From a virus (Duplodnaviria; Caudoviricetes): a DNA stretch of 64,000 bases. The stretch is taken from IMG/VR virus record IMGVR_UViG_3300032327_000792; one strand, written 5' to 3'. A program made the position numbers and the translations under genes. The notes below the pieces were generated by a model. It did no database searches and was not told the origin of the DNA. It saw nothing but the letters and a program-made list of their open reading frames with translations. Below, piece by piece: positions 17,938-26,618 of the stretch. The stretch's first letter is position 1; every line of letters begins with the position of its first letter.

Positions 17938-17966
17938 ATTGTAGCTGAATGTGAGTTTCTGGTCAA
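17938..17966 (-). promoter_or_regulatory. sigma70 promoter
   Basis: TTGACC-N17-TACAAT. Confidence 0.7.
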
Positions 17967-18004
17967 CTATAGCCAAGATAGCTAAGTTATTGATTTATAA
18001 GACT

Positions 18005-18703
18005 TTATCTTGGAGCAAACTCTTGTTGTAGCTTGATGTTATCAAAAAACTCTTTCTTTGTTCCTGAGTCTGTATTAAAAGCACCTTTAAGTACAGTGGT
18101 CTGTGTTAGACTAGAGTGTGCCATTATTCCTCTGTTTTCGCAACAGCCATGTGTAGCCTGGATGTATACACCAATGTTGCGGGAGTCAGTTGCGCGAGAT
18201 ATTTCTCTAGCAATGTCATTGGCTAGTTCTTCCTGCAAAGTGCCACGGCGAGCACACCACTGAGCAATTCGAGTATACTTAGACAAACCAATAAGTTTGT
18301 TTGCTGCAATAATTCCAATGTATGCGACACCGCTGACAGGCTGATGGTGGTGACTGCACATACTACGCAACTCACTCCGCACAACCAACATGCCTTCGTA
18401 TCTATCGTCAGAATCATTTGGAAAAGCTGTTGCATCTGGTGCAGGTTCGTATCTACCTGCCATAATTTCTGTAAAGTACATTTTAGCAAGACGTCTTGCT
18501 GTGCCTTTTGAGTTGGGATCATTTTCACGATCAATCAATAGAGTGTCTAATACTGTTTCAAATGCTTCCGTGGCTTCATCTATCAACACAGGCAAATCTA
18601 CTTCTGGATTAATGTATTCACTGATATTGTCGCCTGCCCAGAATCTTTTTTTGTCTGCGTGCATTGTTTCACGTAATACTTGTGCTAAGTTTTTTTCTGC
18701 CAT
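18005..18703 (-). CDS. folE: GTP cyclohydrolase I
   Basis: SMCSHHHQP, GLSKYTRIA, LQEEL, ATHGCCENRG, KKEF. Confidence 0.95.
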   Translation of the reverse strand: MAEKNLAQVLRETMHADKKRFWAGDNISEYINPEVDLPVLIDEATEAFETVLDTLLIDRENDPNSKGTARRLAKMYFTEIMAGRYEPAPDATAFPNDSDDRYEGMLVVRSELRSMCSHHHQPVSGVAYIGIIAANKLIGLSKYTRIAQWCARRGTLQEELANDIAREISRATDSRNIGVYIQATHGCCENRGIMAHSSLTQTTVLKGAFNTDSGTKKEFFDNIKLQQEFAPR

Positions 18704-18748
18704 TTTATCTCCGAGTTATCAAGGTCGTGGATGACCAGTCTTGTTACT

Positions 18749-18777
18749 ATTGTAAAGGTTATTTAGATCAATGTCAA
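18749..18777 (-). promoter_or_regulatory. sigma70 promoter for folE with embedded CTAAATA
   Basis: TTGACA-N17-TACAAT. Confidence 0.75.
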
Positions 18778-19355
18778 GATTTAATTAAAATTTCTCTGCA
18801 GTCTGGATAAGTTACTGACTGACATTGAGGTGTTACGGTTGCTAGTTTTTCTATACCTAGCGCACATGTATCTAAAGTTGGGCAATAATGGTAGCCTTGC
18901 CCGAACGTGATTTGATCTTGCCAAGGGATAATTCGCAAGTTTCTACCATCCGAACGCATCATGGACAGTTGATCATATACTTCTACATCATCTGTTAAGA
19001 TGGCCCCGGACTTGCCTAGCTGTAGTGGTTTACCGTGACCAAAACTTAGACATTGTAATTGACCTGGCTGATACATACCGGGTTCCAATCTGCGGGCACT
19101 GTCCCAGATGCGAGTGCCGTTGAACTGATATTCCCCAGTCCAGTGATTGTTTGTTAATTCGTATTTGATGCCTAGTTGGTGCATCAACATTGGTATTGAT
19201 AGATAGGTGTGTGCTGTAAATGAAGTAGAGGTTACTTGGTCGTATCTCATACAAAGTTCAATGGCATGGGTGCAACCATCAGTGACTACTGCATATGGAG
19301 CTCCTGTGTATTGAGCCAGAGCTTGTTCAAAATCAAACAACGTTTTAAAACTCAC
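18774..19355 (-). CDS. Short DegT/DnrJ/EryC1/StrS-type PLP aminotransferase
   Basis: FEQALAQYTGAPYAV, WDSA, CLSFGHGKPL (PLP Lys), GAILTDD; GTG start assumed. Confidence 0.7.
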   Translation of the reverse strand: MSFKTLFDFEQALAQYTGAPYAVVTDGCTHAIELCMRYDQVTSTSFTAHTYLSIPMLMHQLGIKYELTNNHWTGEYQFNGTRIWDSARRLEPGMYQPGQLQCLSFGHGKPLQLGKSGAILTDDVEVYDQLSMMRSDGRNLRIIPWQDQITFGQGYHYCPTLDTCALGIEKLATVTPQCQSVTYPDCREILIKS

Positions 19356-20307
19356 GATTATACCATGCCCAAGCGTGCTGGACAACATCCTTTAGATTGT
19401 ATTGTGGTCGCCAGCCAGCATGACTGATAAATTTGCCAGCATCGGCTGTAAGTACAGCAGGATCACCTTCTCGGTTTGGGCCGTAACTCCAAGACAACTC
19501 GTCGTCGATTACACTGTTTGCAGTTCCTATGACTTCAAGATTGCTTGCTCCGGTAGTTGTACCAAGATTATAAACATCAGACACTACCAGCAACTTATTC
19601 AATGCCAAGACGTGTGCATCAGCAATATCGGCTACGTGAACATAGTCGCGAACACAAGTACCATCAGGTGTTCCATAATCACGGCCGTTACACACAAAGT
19701 CTTTGCCGTCTCGATAGTTTTCCAGTATTCTGGCAACAATGTGTGTAGCACCCGGTGCTTGACCATGCCTTGCTTGATGGTCAGCACCGCAGGCATTGAA
19801 ATATCTAAATGCCACAAAATCTAACCCATAAGCTCGTTGATATGATTTCAACAACCATTCAATCATCAGCTTGCTTTCACCGTAAGGGCTAATCGGCTCT
19901 GTGGGATCAACTTCATTGCATGGAGTGATTATAGGATTGCCATAGGTTGCAGCACTGCTAGAAAATATAAAGCGACCCAGCCATTTGATTTCTTTTAAAA
20001 AATCCAACAGATTTTTTGTTTTAACAAAATTGTTGTTGTAATAGTCTTCTGGATCCATTATGCTAGGACCAACAAGACTGGTGCCAGCACAGTGAATAAT
20101 TGCATCAGGCTGAATGGCGTTGATCCATTGATGGGATTCAACGCTATCAATATCCGATTGTAAAAATCCATCGAACAAATTCAACAAACGTAGATGTTCC
20201 GGTAACCTTGCCCGATCAACACCATACACTTCGTGTCCTTGATCTCGCAATTGAATAGCAGTTTGTCCGCCAATATAGCCACTGGCTCCGGTTACTAATA
20301 CCTTCAT
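19345..20307 (-). CDS. galE: UDP-glucose 4-epimerase
   Basis: TGASGYIG, FSSSAATYG, PYGESK, FRYFNACGAD, DGTCVRDYVHV, REGDP. Confidence 0.92.
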   Translation of the reverse strand: MKVLVTGASGYIGGQTAIQLRDQGHEVYGVDRARLPEHLRLLNLFDGFLQSDIDSVESHQWINAIQPDAIIHCAGTSLVGPSIMDPEDYYNNNFVKTKNLLDFLKEIKWLGRFIFSSSAATYGNPIITPCNEVDPTEPISPYGESKLMIEWLLKSYQRAYGLDFVAFRYFNACGADHQARHGQAPGATHIVARILENYRDGKDFVCNGRDYGTPDGTCVRDYVHVADIADAHVLALNKLLVVSDVYNLGTTTGASNLEVIGTANSVIDDELSWSYGPNREGDPAVLTADAGKFISHAGWRPQYNLKDVVQHAWAWYNREF

Positions 20308-20885
20308 GTATAATCCGTTAGTTTTTGTTTAATAGCATTTGTTAATGCTAGATGATTAGATGGTTTTTGATATATTCTATATTGTGAGTCAATGTTGTTG
20401 ATATCTTCGTAGTATAATTTTAAATGATATTGATAGTCAAGTTTGTTGAGATTTTTATTATTGTTTAATATGTATTTAATTAGGTAATCAAAATTTTCTG
20501 GTTTAATCTCGACTGTATATTCTTGCATGTTGTTGAATTTTGTAAAATGCCAATTTCCAGTTTCACAACATAAGTAAAAACTGGTAATTTGTTCTATGAT
20601 ATTTTTTCTTTCTAATTTGATAAGAAAACTATCAGTTACCAATTGATTTATAAATTCAATGTTAGAATTAGTAATTTGATCCGGCATTATCTTAATAACA
20701 AATTTGTTATGAGAGGTTAAAAATGCTTTAAAATTTTCTAACCTTTTAGAAAAATCTACATGTAATACTTCATCAAAATTAACTAATTTATATTTTTTAC
20801 TAATATAGTCGCATAACGCTGTAGAACCAGTTCTGTAAGATGTAAAAATAACAACTGATTTGTTTTCCGGAATTACTAAATTCAT
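20304..20885 (-). CDS. Putative sulfotransferase (Stf0-like)
   Basis: TSYRTGST 5'-PSB-like loop, LER...S 3'-PB, LYYED; AT-rich. Confidence 0.55.
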   Translation of the reverse strand: MNLVIPENKSVVIFTSYRTGSTALCDYISKKYKLVNFDEVLHVDFSKRLENFKAFLTSHNKFVIKIMPDQITNSNIEFINQLVTDSFLIKLERKNIIEQITSFYLCCETGNWHFTKFNNMQEYTVEIKPENFDYLIKYILNNNKNLNKLDYQYHLKLYYEDINNIDSQYRIYQKPSNHLALTNAIKQKLTDYT

Positions 20886-22060
20886 TAGTGTTTGGCCTCT
20901 GCTACATAGTCACGATACCTATTGCCAGCTCTGTTCCATTGCTCACCTTCGCCTTTGATAATATCACAAATGCGATCAATGGTGCCATTGTTCCAATCGC
21001 TGATTTGACCTTGACGGGCGTGTGGTGCTTGCATTAGTTTCTGTAACTTGGCAACAGCATCATCCATTGACCAAGGAATGTACAAACGATCGGCATCGTT
21101 GGCAAAGGTTTCTGGAAAACTTCTGTATGCAGGATACAGAACATTACAACCTAGTGTGTCTGCTTCGCTGACAGTGTTTGACACCCAGTCTTGCAACGCA
21201 CAGTTGAACAGTACTTTGCTGTCATTAACAATATTGTAATAGTCATTCTTCTGCAAATCTTTGTAGATCTTTAGCGTGCCTTCAGCTTCTAATTTGTAAG
21301 CACGATCCAAGTAACGTTGATTGTTACTGCGCAACGGCCCGCCACTTAACACAGCAAACTCATAGTCCTTGCCCCACTCAGTGGACTTAACTTGTTCAAT
21401 CAAGTCCATGTAAAAGTCTGGTTGTTTCTCTTGATCAAAGCGTGCAGCAAACACAACACGGTTACTGCGTTCTGCCCATGGTTTAACCAAGTTATTAACG
21501 CGGCCTAGAACTTCTTGTTTGCCAAATGCCAAGCCACTGATATTGTAGATAGGAGCAGTCCAGTTAGCAATACGCATGTGAGCCACCATCTCTTCGTTGG
21601 TGGCCAGCACAGTGGCAAACTCATTGACCATCTGTTCATACAAGCTCATCCACTTGCTCATACCCCATACGTGTACAAAGTCATCGGGGTCAATGGCCTG
21701 TGCCAAACAACGTACATAAATTTGTGGTCTTTGCTCTGCTGGAATTTGATCCATGATGTATGGCAATGATTCAATGCCAGGTTGGAACATGTCTTCGAAG
21801 TATACTACATCTTCACCGCTACATTCACCACTGCGCATCAGTTGAACCAAGTTCATCATTTGACTCATACCAAAGAAACTGCGACCATGTGCATCTAACA
21901 CTTGGCCAACAGAGATTGCTCGGGTATTGTCGATGGTTGAACCTGGAACTACAACATAATTGATTTTGCGCTTCTTAAACACAGCTTCGTTCCATTGTTG
22001 CAACTGAAGTGTATAACGGCCTTCGTAGGGTTCAAGGCCCATGTAAAAAAGTTTTCTCAT
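20885..22060 (-). CDS. GT-B fold glycosyltransferase
   Basis: FAARFDQEKQP and LFNCALQDWVSNTVSEADTLG donor-binding region. Confidence 0.7.
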   Translation of the reverse strand: MRKLFYMGLEPYEGRYTLQLQQWNEAVFKKRKINYVVVPGSTIDNTRAISVGQVLDAHGRSFFGMSQMMNLVQLMRSGECSGEDVVYFEDMFQPGIESLPYIMDQIPAEQRPQIYVRCLAQAIDPDDFVHVWGMSKWMSLYEQMVNEFATVLATNEEMVAHMRIANWTAPIYNISGLAFGKQEVLGRVNNLVKPWAERSNRVVFAARFDQEKQPDFYMDLIEQVKSTEWGKDYEFAVLSGGPLRSNNQRYLDRAYKLEAEGTLKIYKDLQKNDYYNIVNDSKVLFNCALQDWVSNTVSEADTLGCNVLYPAYRSFPETFANDADRLYIPWSMDDAVAKLQKLMQAPHARQGQISDWNNGTIDRICDIIKGEGEQWNRAGNRYRDYVAEAKH

Positions 22061-22767
22061 ATTACGTTAAGTCTTTCAAGGTGGTCTAACACTACATTTG
22101 TTAGTTTTTTGTGTCCTAATTTATTAGGGTGTTTGGTAGCATCAAAATCTGTTGCTATCAAATTTGTTGATGCTGGCTTCTCAATATAGTTCCATTGCAA
22201 TTTTAGTTGTTTTAATTTTTCAAACAATAGCATATACTGTTCCGCATATATATCCTGTTCCGGGTAATGCTTGATAACATAATTATAAATGTTTTCACTG
22301 GACGAAAGCAAATTTAATTCGTCCAATTGAGAATCCCACATTTGAAAAATCAAATACTTACTGTTGAACTTTTTACAATAATTATGTATTGTCCAGATAT
22401 TTTTATAATAGCGATATATTGAATCAATTTCTTTATAACACTTAGAATAGAAAAAATTAGAAAGGTTGTTGTTAACTTCGTTAGTATGTTCATTATGAGC
22501 ACTCTTGAAGTTTAAAACCCAACTTCCTAAATCTGGCGCCGGAAGATGATACCGTTGGTGCGTAGTGAGACCAAAAATCATTATCGATGGGTTCATTCCT
22601 GACAACCATTGATTGCTTAAACAATCAATAATACGAGAGTTACTGCCGCATCCGAGACTTTGATTACATAGTTCCAGGCCCAGATGTTCCGCAACTAATT
22701 CTGGCCAAATTGGAAAAGTATATTCTTTGTGCCGAAATGACCAACTGTCGCCATTTACATACAGCAT
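22057..22767 (-). CDS. SGNH/GDSL-like hydrolase family protein
   Basis: NGDSWS, WPELVA, GSNSRI, HPNKLGH. Confidence 0.55.
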   Translation of the reverse strand: MLYVNGDSWSFRHKEYTFPIWPELVAEHLGLELCNQSLGCGSNSRIIDCLSNQWLSGMNPSIMIFGLTTHQRYHLPAPDLGSWVLNFKSAHNEHTNEVNNNLSNFFYSKCYKEIDSIYRYYKNIWTIHNYCKKFNSKYLIFQMWDSQLDELNLLSSSENIYNYVIKHYPEQDIYAEQYMLLFEKLKQLKLQWNYIEKPASTNLIATDFDATKHPNKLGHKKLTNVVLDHLERLNVI

Positions 22768-22773
22768 GGAAAG

Positions 22774-22995
22774 TTATCTGTATCCTGCGAATCGGCGACC
22801 GTCTTCAAACCACATGTTTTTGGCATTTTTGCCTTGTGTGAATTTGTTGTACTGTTGCCAGGCATAGCTCTTGAAGTTGTAAAGATCACCTTCGTTGAAA
22901 CGATAGCCGTACTCTACACAGAAGTCTAAGAACTTTTCCAAGTCGCCATGAATGGCTAGAGCTCTAGCACTAGGACGATATACTTGCTTACCCAT
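22774..22995 (-). CDS. Hypothetical phage protein
   Basis: 73-aa ORF, AAGG SD. Confidence 0.7.
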   Translation of the reverse strand: MGKQVYRPSARALAIHGDLEKFLDFCVEYGYRFNEGDLYNFKSYAWQQYNKFTQGKNAKNMWFEDGRRFAGYR

Positions 22996-23005
22996 GGTGT
23001 TTCCT

Positions 23006-23449
23006 TTAGATTTTGATTGAAAGGTTAGGACGAGATAATTCGTATTTGATCAAACAGCCGTTCTCGCCATCTTCGGCCACTTCGATCCACACAGCACGAT
23101 TGGGGTATCGTTCTGCGATCTTAATATATATGTCATCAGCAATCATCTCGCAACTTTTGTAGTCTAGTTTAAGAGTGCCTGTAGAGTATAAGTTTTCCAG
23201 CCAGCGTTTGAATTGAATGAACTCAATGTCTCGATCATTGTGGAATACATCAATCCACACACGGAAGTGAAATATGTGACGATGTGGATTGGCCAAGAAA
23301 CTAACGTCATATTCATCTCCGGTGGCCAACAAGGGATTTGTGGCTGCATCTGGATAACGATGAATTCCTTCTTTTTTAAACGTTACCCAAATCTTTCGTT
23401 CAGCTTCGTTGATAATACGCATGGCCTGTACTCGTTCTTCGTTGATCAT
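23006..23449 (-). CDS. QueD-like T-fold protein (DpdL-like)
   Basis: LANPHRHIF matches LxxxHRHxF; RDIEFIQFKR and SCEMIA resemble the QueD core. Confidence 0.7.
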   Translation of the reverse strand: MINEERVQAMRIINEAERKIWVTFKKEGIHRYPDAATNPLLATGDEYDVSFLANPHRHIFHFRVWIDVFHNDRDIEFIQFKRWLENLYSTGTLKLDYKSCEMIADDIYIKIAERYPNRAVWIEVAEDGENGCLIKYELSRPNLSIKI

Positions 23450-23712
23450 GTTTTCAAACCTTCAATAGTGATAATTTTACCAATCTCTGTTCCAAGATCC
23501 TGCGTGTCAAGTATAACATACAATCCTGAGTTTGTGTGATCTTTTCGGATATTGTAGCTAGAGGTTTCGACAATAGTACCTCCATTGGCTTTATAGACTT
23601 TTAGTTGAAATCCATGAGCGTCAATTCGATCTGAATGGTGGTAGTCGTCTAACTGAATCAAATCATCATTGTTGTTGACCCAATTGCGTAGACGTTTTTT
23701 AATCCATCTCAT
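23446..23712 (-). CDS. Hypothetical protein
   Basis: 88-aa ORF with ATGA overlap. Confidence 0.65.
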   Translation of the reverse strand: MRWIKKRLRNWVNNNDDLIQLDDYHHSDRIDAHGFQLKVYKANGGTIVETSSYNIRKDHTNSGLYVILDTQDLGTEIGKIITIEGLKT

Positions 23713-23714
23713 AA

Positions 23715-24296
23715 TTATTGTTTCTCAAAATGTTTCATGAATGTATCTCTGGCACCAGAAATGTTATGTATTTGTTTCATAGCTTTATCAGTAATACGCA
23801 TTCTGTAAGAATTATGATGACCGTATCCATCTAAAATTACCCAACCATTTTTTGACTTGATAGTTTTGTCTCGGCAATTTGACATAATTTGATCTCGGCA
23901 ATCATAATACCCAGCAGCTAATTTTTCCTGTGTGGTGTCTATTGCCATATCAACTAACTTAACCGACGAAACTTCAAGAAAGTCTGTATCATAAGTGATT
24001 TGATTTTGATTTTGAGTTTTATGATAGTAACGGGTATCTTCCCACTTGTCCGCAACTTTGATTGCGTCAATGGTCATTGATCCAACAGTGTGGGCTGCTT
24101 TACTACCTTTGCGCCGAGTTTTATTGTCAATGCCATACTGAGGGTGATCTACTAAACCGTTTTTGTCAATGGCATGACCTTTGTTTTCCATCAGGTTGTC
24201 GGCCCACTGACCAATATCACAATCATTTGTAAAACTAGGAATACTAGTTCCTTGGGTAATATTATCTTTGATAACGCTTACTCTGGCTTTTTTCAT
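23715..24296 (-). CDS. Hypothetical protein, possible PD-(D/E)XK nuclease
   Basis: VD-x6-DNK pattern only; weak functional evidence. Confidence 0.5.
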   Translation of the reverse strand: MKKARVSVIKDNITQGTSIPSFTNDCDIGQWADNLMENKGHAIDKNGLVDHPQYGIDNKTRRKGSKAAHTVGSMTIDAIKVADKWEDTRYYHKTQNQNQITYDTDFLEVSSVKLVDMAIDTTQEKLAAGYYDCRDQIMSNCRDKTIKSKNGWVILDGYGHHNSYRMRITDKAMKQIHNISGARDTFMKHFEKQ

Positions 24297-24823
24297 TTTA
24301 GTGTTTCATCCTTGGTATATCTAGACCAGTCTGTGAATACTGATCGATCTTGTAAATCGTGTATGTTATGACACCACACGCCGGGATTTGTTGCTCTAAA
24401 GTCTTTGTCGTCTAACTTCAATGTAGCGTTGTAGCCTAGTTGTTTGATATATGGTAGCTTGACACTGATCATTGGAATAAAGTTATTGTATTCAACCAAT
24501 GGACCCTCTATCAATCCTTCTGAGCAACTAACATCAATATCTAGTGTACACATATAATAGTGATCGCCACCGTGACCACTACGTAACAATAGTCCTACCA
24601 TGTCTTCCCAAGGCTTCCATTTGTTGCTGTCAATGTCTAACTTTGGAAAACTTTGATTGGCACCAAAATAGATATGATCACATTTGTGTGCCAGTGCTGT
24701 AGCATGTATTTTGGCTGGATCTTGTACACCTACAACAAACAAAGTCTTCATGCCAAACGCTGGCGTATGTTCTACTTCTGTGCCAATAAAGAAACGGGTA
24801 TCTTCGTGTCCTGGTCTATCCAT
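24293..24823 (-). CDS. Hypothetical protein linked to the DpdA-like gene
   Basis: 176 aa, overlaps the dpdA-like stop codon; HIYFGANQSF motif. Confidence 0.75.
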   Translation of the reverse strand: MDRPGHEDTRFFIGTEVEHTPAFGMKTLFVVGVQDPAKIHATALAHKCDHIYFGANQSFPKLDIDSNKWKPWEDMVGLLLRSGHGGDHYYMCTLDIDVSCSEGLIEGPLVEYNNFIPMISVKLPYIKQLGYNATLKLDDKDFRATNPGVWCHNIHDLQDRSVFTDWSRYTKDETLK

Positions 24824-26618
24824 TTTTCTCTAACTGATCTAATTTGGCAACTTCATCTTGGGAAAAGTCTTCACCATGCTCTAATTGTACACTATCCGCT
24901 TCTTCAATGTCAAATAAATCGGTAAATGTAGACTCAGTTGGCTTCTCTGGTTCCGTTGGTTTCTCTTTGGTCAGGTTTGCCTCAATGACAAAATGCTTGT
25001 TGGCGTTGGTGTGAGGATTAATGGTTTTGTCACCTTTGAATCCACGTGTGCCAGGAATGTCCATCCAGTATCTGCTGTAGTGTTTAATTATGGCTTCGGA
25101 TTCTTCTCTACTGCCTGTGGCAAAAATAGCATCTACAATGTCCTTGAACATACTGTTGTCGCCTAGTTTCTTTTTGGTTCCTGTAAATCTCATCATGTGC
25201 GGCCATTTGCCAGCATCGTATTCTCGATTGGCTCGTTGAACTGCTTCAATGTGCATCCAAACATTATGACCCATCAGCAGGGCATAACTGAAACTGTCCC
25301 AACTGGTGGTACCTTCTTTGCCAACTTTGTTTAAATCACCAGGTTTATAGATACAAATATCTTTCATTTGTAACAACTTGGAAATCGGTGATTCGTCAAA
25401 ATGATCAATCAGTCCATCTGCTACCACTGCTTGACCATATGGTCGTGTATCAGAGCTATACTTCTTATCATCAACAATTGGACTCATTCTATAACACCAT
25501 TTGTCGTTGTGTGGCAAGTCAATGTGATGATATACCTGTCCGTTGGCTGTGGCCAAGAAAGGTGACGCACAGTCAAAGCTGATGGTGAAATTTGGATTTA
25601 CATACCGGCGTACAGCACGTTGAATGTCTGTCAACAATACTGCCCACTCTAGCTTACTTGTACCCAAAAAGTGCATCCAATCGTGTACGCCTTCTTGTAA
25701 CAATCCATCGTGACGAAGAGCCACAAGACGCTGGAGAATTAAGTGTACATCGCACATGTTCTGACCACCCATGGACCAGCCATTGAAATGCGTATCGGGA
25801 TATTTTTTAGGATCGCAATAATCCTTCATCAATTGATACCAATCTTCGGCCTCTTCGTGATTGGATCCTTGTAACACGTTTAAGAATTTGGCACCGCCAT
25901 TTTTAACGCCTTTACGATGTTTCATAAAGTATTCGTTGTTGTATTTGGTAGCTTCCACAGCTTCTTGATATTCGGTAATACCGCAGGCCGCTGACGCTTT
26001 TTTGTCGTGTATGACCCAGGTTGGGATATCAAGAATCATGCCATAGTCGCTGACACCATCTAGCCATTTAAGCACCGCTTCTCGTTTGGTCTGGGCAGCG
26101 TTGATTAACTTTTGATAATTTTTAGCATGATCAATTGTGACGGTTTTAGGGTTACCTTTTTTGTCTGCAACAGGTTTGCCATTTTTGTCCAATACCGGGC
26201 GTACCTCAACACCAGCTTTTACCAAATCTGCCATCTTTTGGGTGACTTCTGCACTAGTAGGATCGCGCCACTCTCCTTCCCATAGACCTTTGGCAATCTG
26301 GAATCCACCAGAGTCACCTAGAATCAAGGTACTAGGATCGCGATTGCGAACCATGTCTTCTGACCAATCTTGTTTGGTTAAATCTAAGTTGGCATGTCCA
26401 CCGGAGTACAATGACCATTTATAAGGAAACAGAGCCTTTTGATCATTGAGCCAGTTCATCATTTCCATATCTAATCCTGCTGGCATACGTGCAGGATCTA
26501 CATATGGCGGACTTGCTGGATCTCGTTGTTTGCCTATAAACGTGGCATAGAAACCTGAGATAGCCGGCAAGAACACAGCATAGTCATTTTGCTTTGCGGT
26601 TAGGTTGTCTTGAGACAT
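24816..26618 (-). CDS. dpdA: tRNA-guanine transglycosylase-like protein (DpdA-type DNA deazaguanine transglycosylase)
   Basis: ILGDSGGFQI, MILDIP, VLQG, GWSMGG, HFLG and SFDCASP TGT barrel motifs; no CxCxxC Zn site seen. Confidence 0.75.
   Translation of the reverse strand: MSQDNLTAKQNDYAVFLPAISGFYATFIGKQRDPASPPYVDPARMPAGLDMEMMNWLNDQKALFPYKWSLYSGGHANLDLTKQDWSEDMVRNRDPSTLILGDSGGFQIAKGLWEGEWRDPTSAEVTQKMADLVKAGVEVRPVLDKNGKPVADKKGNPKTVTIDHAKNYQKLINAAQTKREAVLKWLDGVSDYGMILDIPTWVIHDKKASAACGITEYQEAVEATKYNNEYFMKHRKGVKNGGAKFLNVLQGSNHEEAEDWYQLMKDYCDPKKYPDTHFNGWSMGGQNMCDVHLILQRLVALRHDGLLQEGVHDWMHFLGTSKLEWAVLLTDIQRAVRRYVNPNFTISFDCASPFLATANGQVYHHIDLPHNDKWCYRMSPIVDDKKYSSDTRPYGQAVVADGLIDHFDESPISKLLQMKDICIYKPGDLNKVGKEGTTSWDSFSYALLMGHNVWMHIEAVQRANREYDAGKWPHMMRFTGTKKKLGDNSMFKDIVDAIFATGSREESEAIIKHYSRYWMDIPGTRGFKGDKTINPHTNANKHFVIEANLTKEKPTEPEKPTESTFTDLFDIEEADSVQLEHGEDFSQDEVAKLDQLEKNG

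Noticed and set aside
15088-18745. Canonical preQ1-I/II/III or THF riboswitch at queD or folE
   Set aside because: The conserved signature nucleotides are not recognisable; these leaders are reported only as novel candidates.
24816-26618. Housekeeping tRNA-modifying Tgt
   Set aside because: It is about 600 aa with large insertions, lacks the Zn-binding Cys motif and is coupled to the clamp gene. A tRNA role is not formally excluded.
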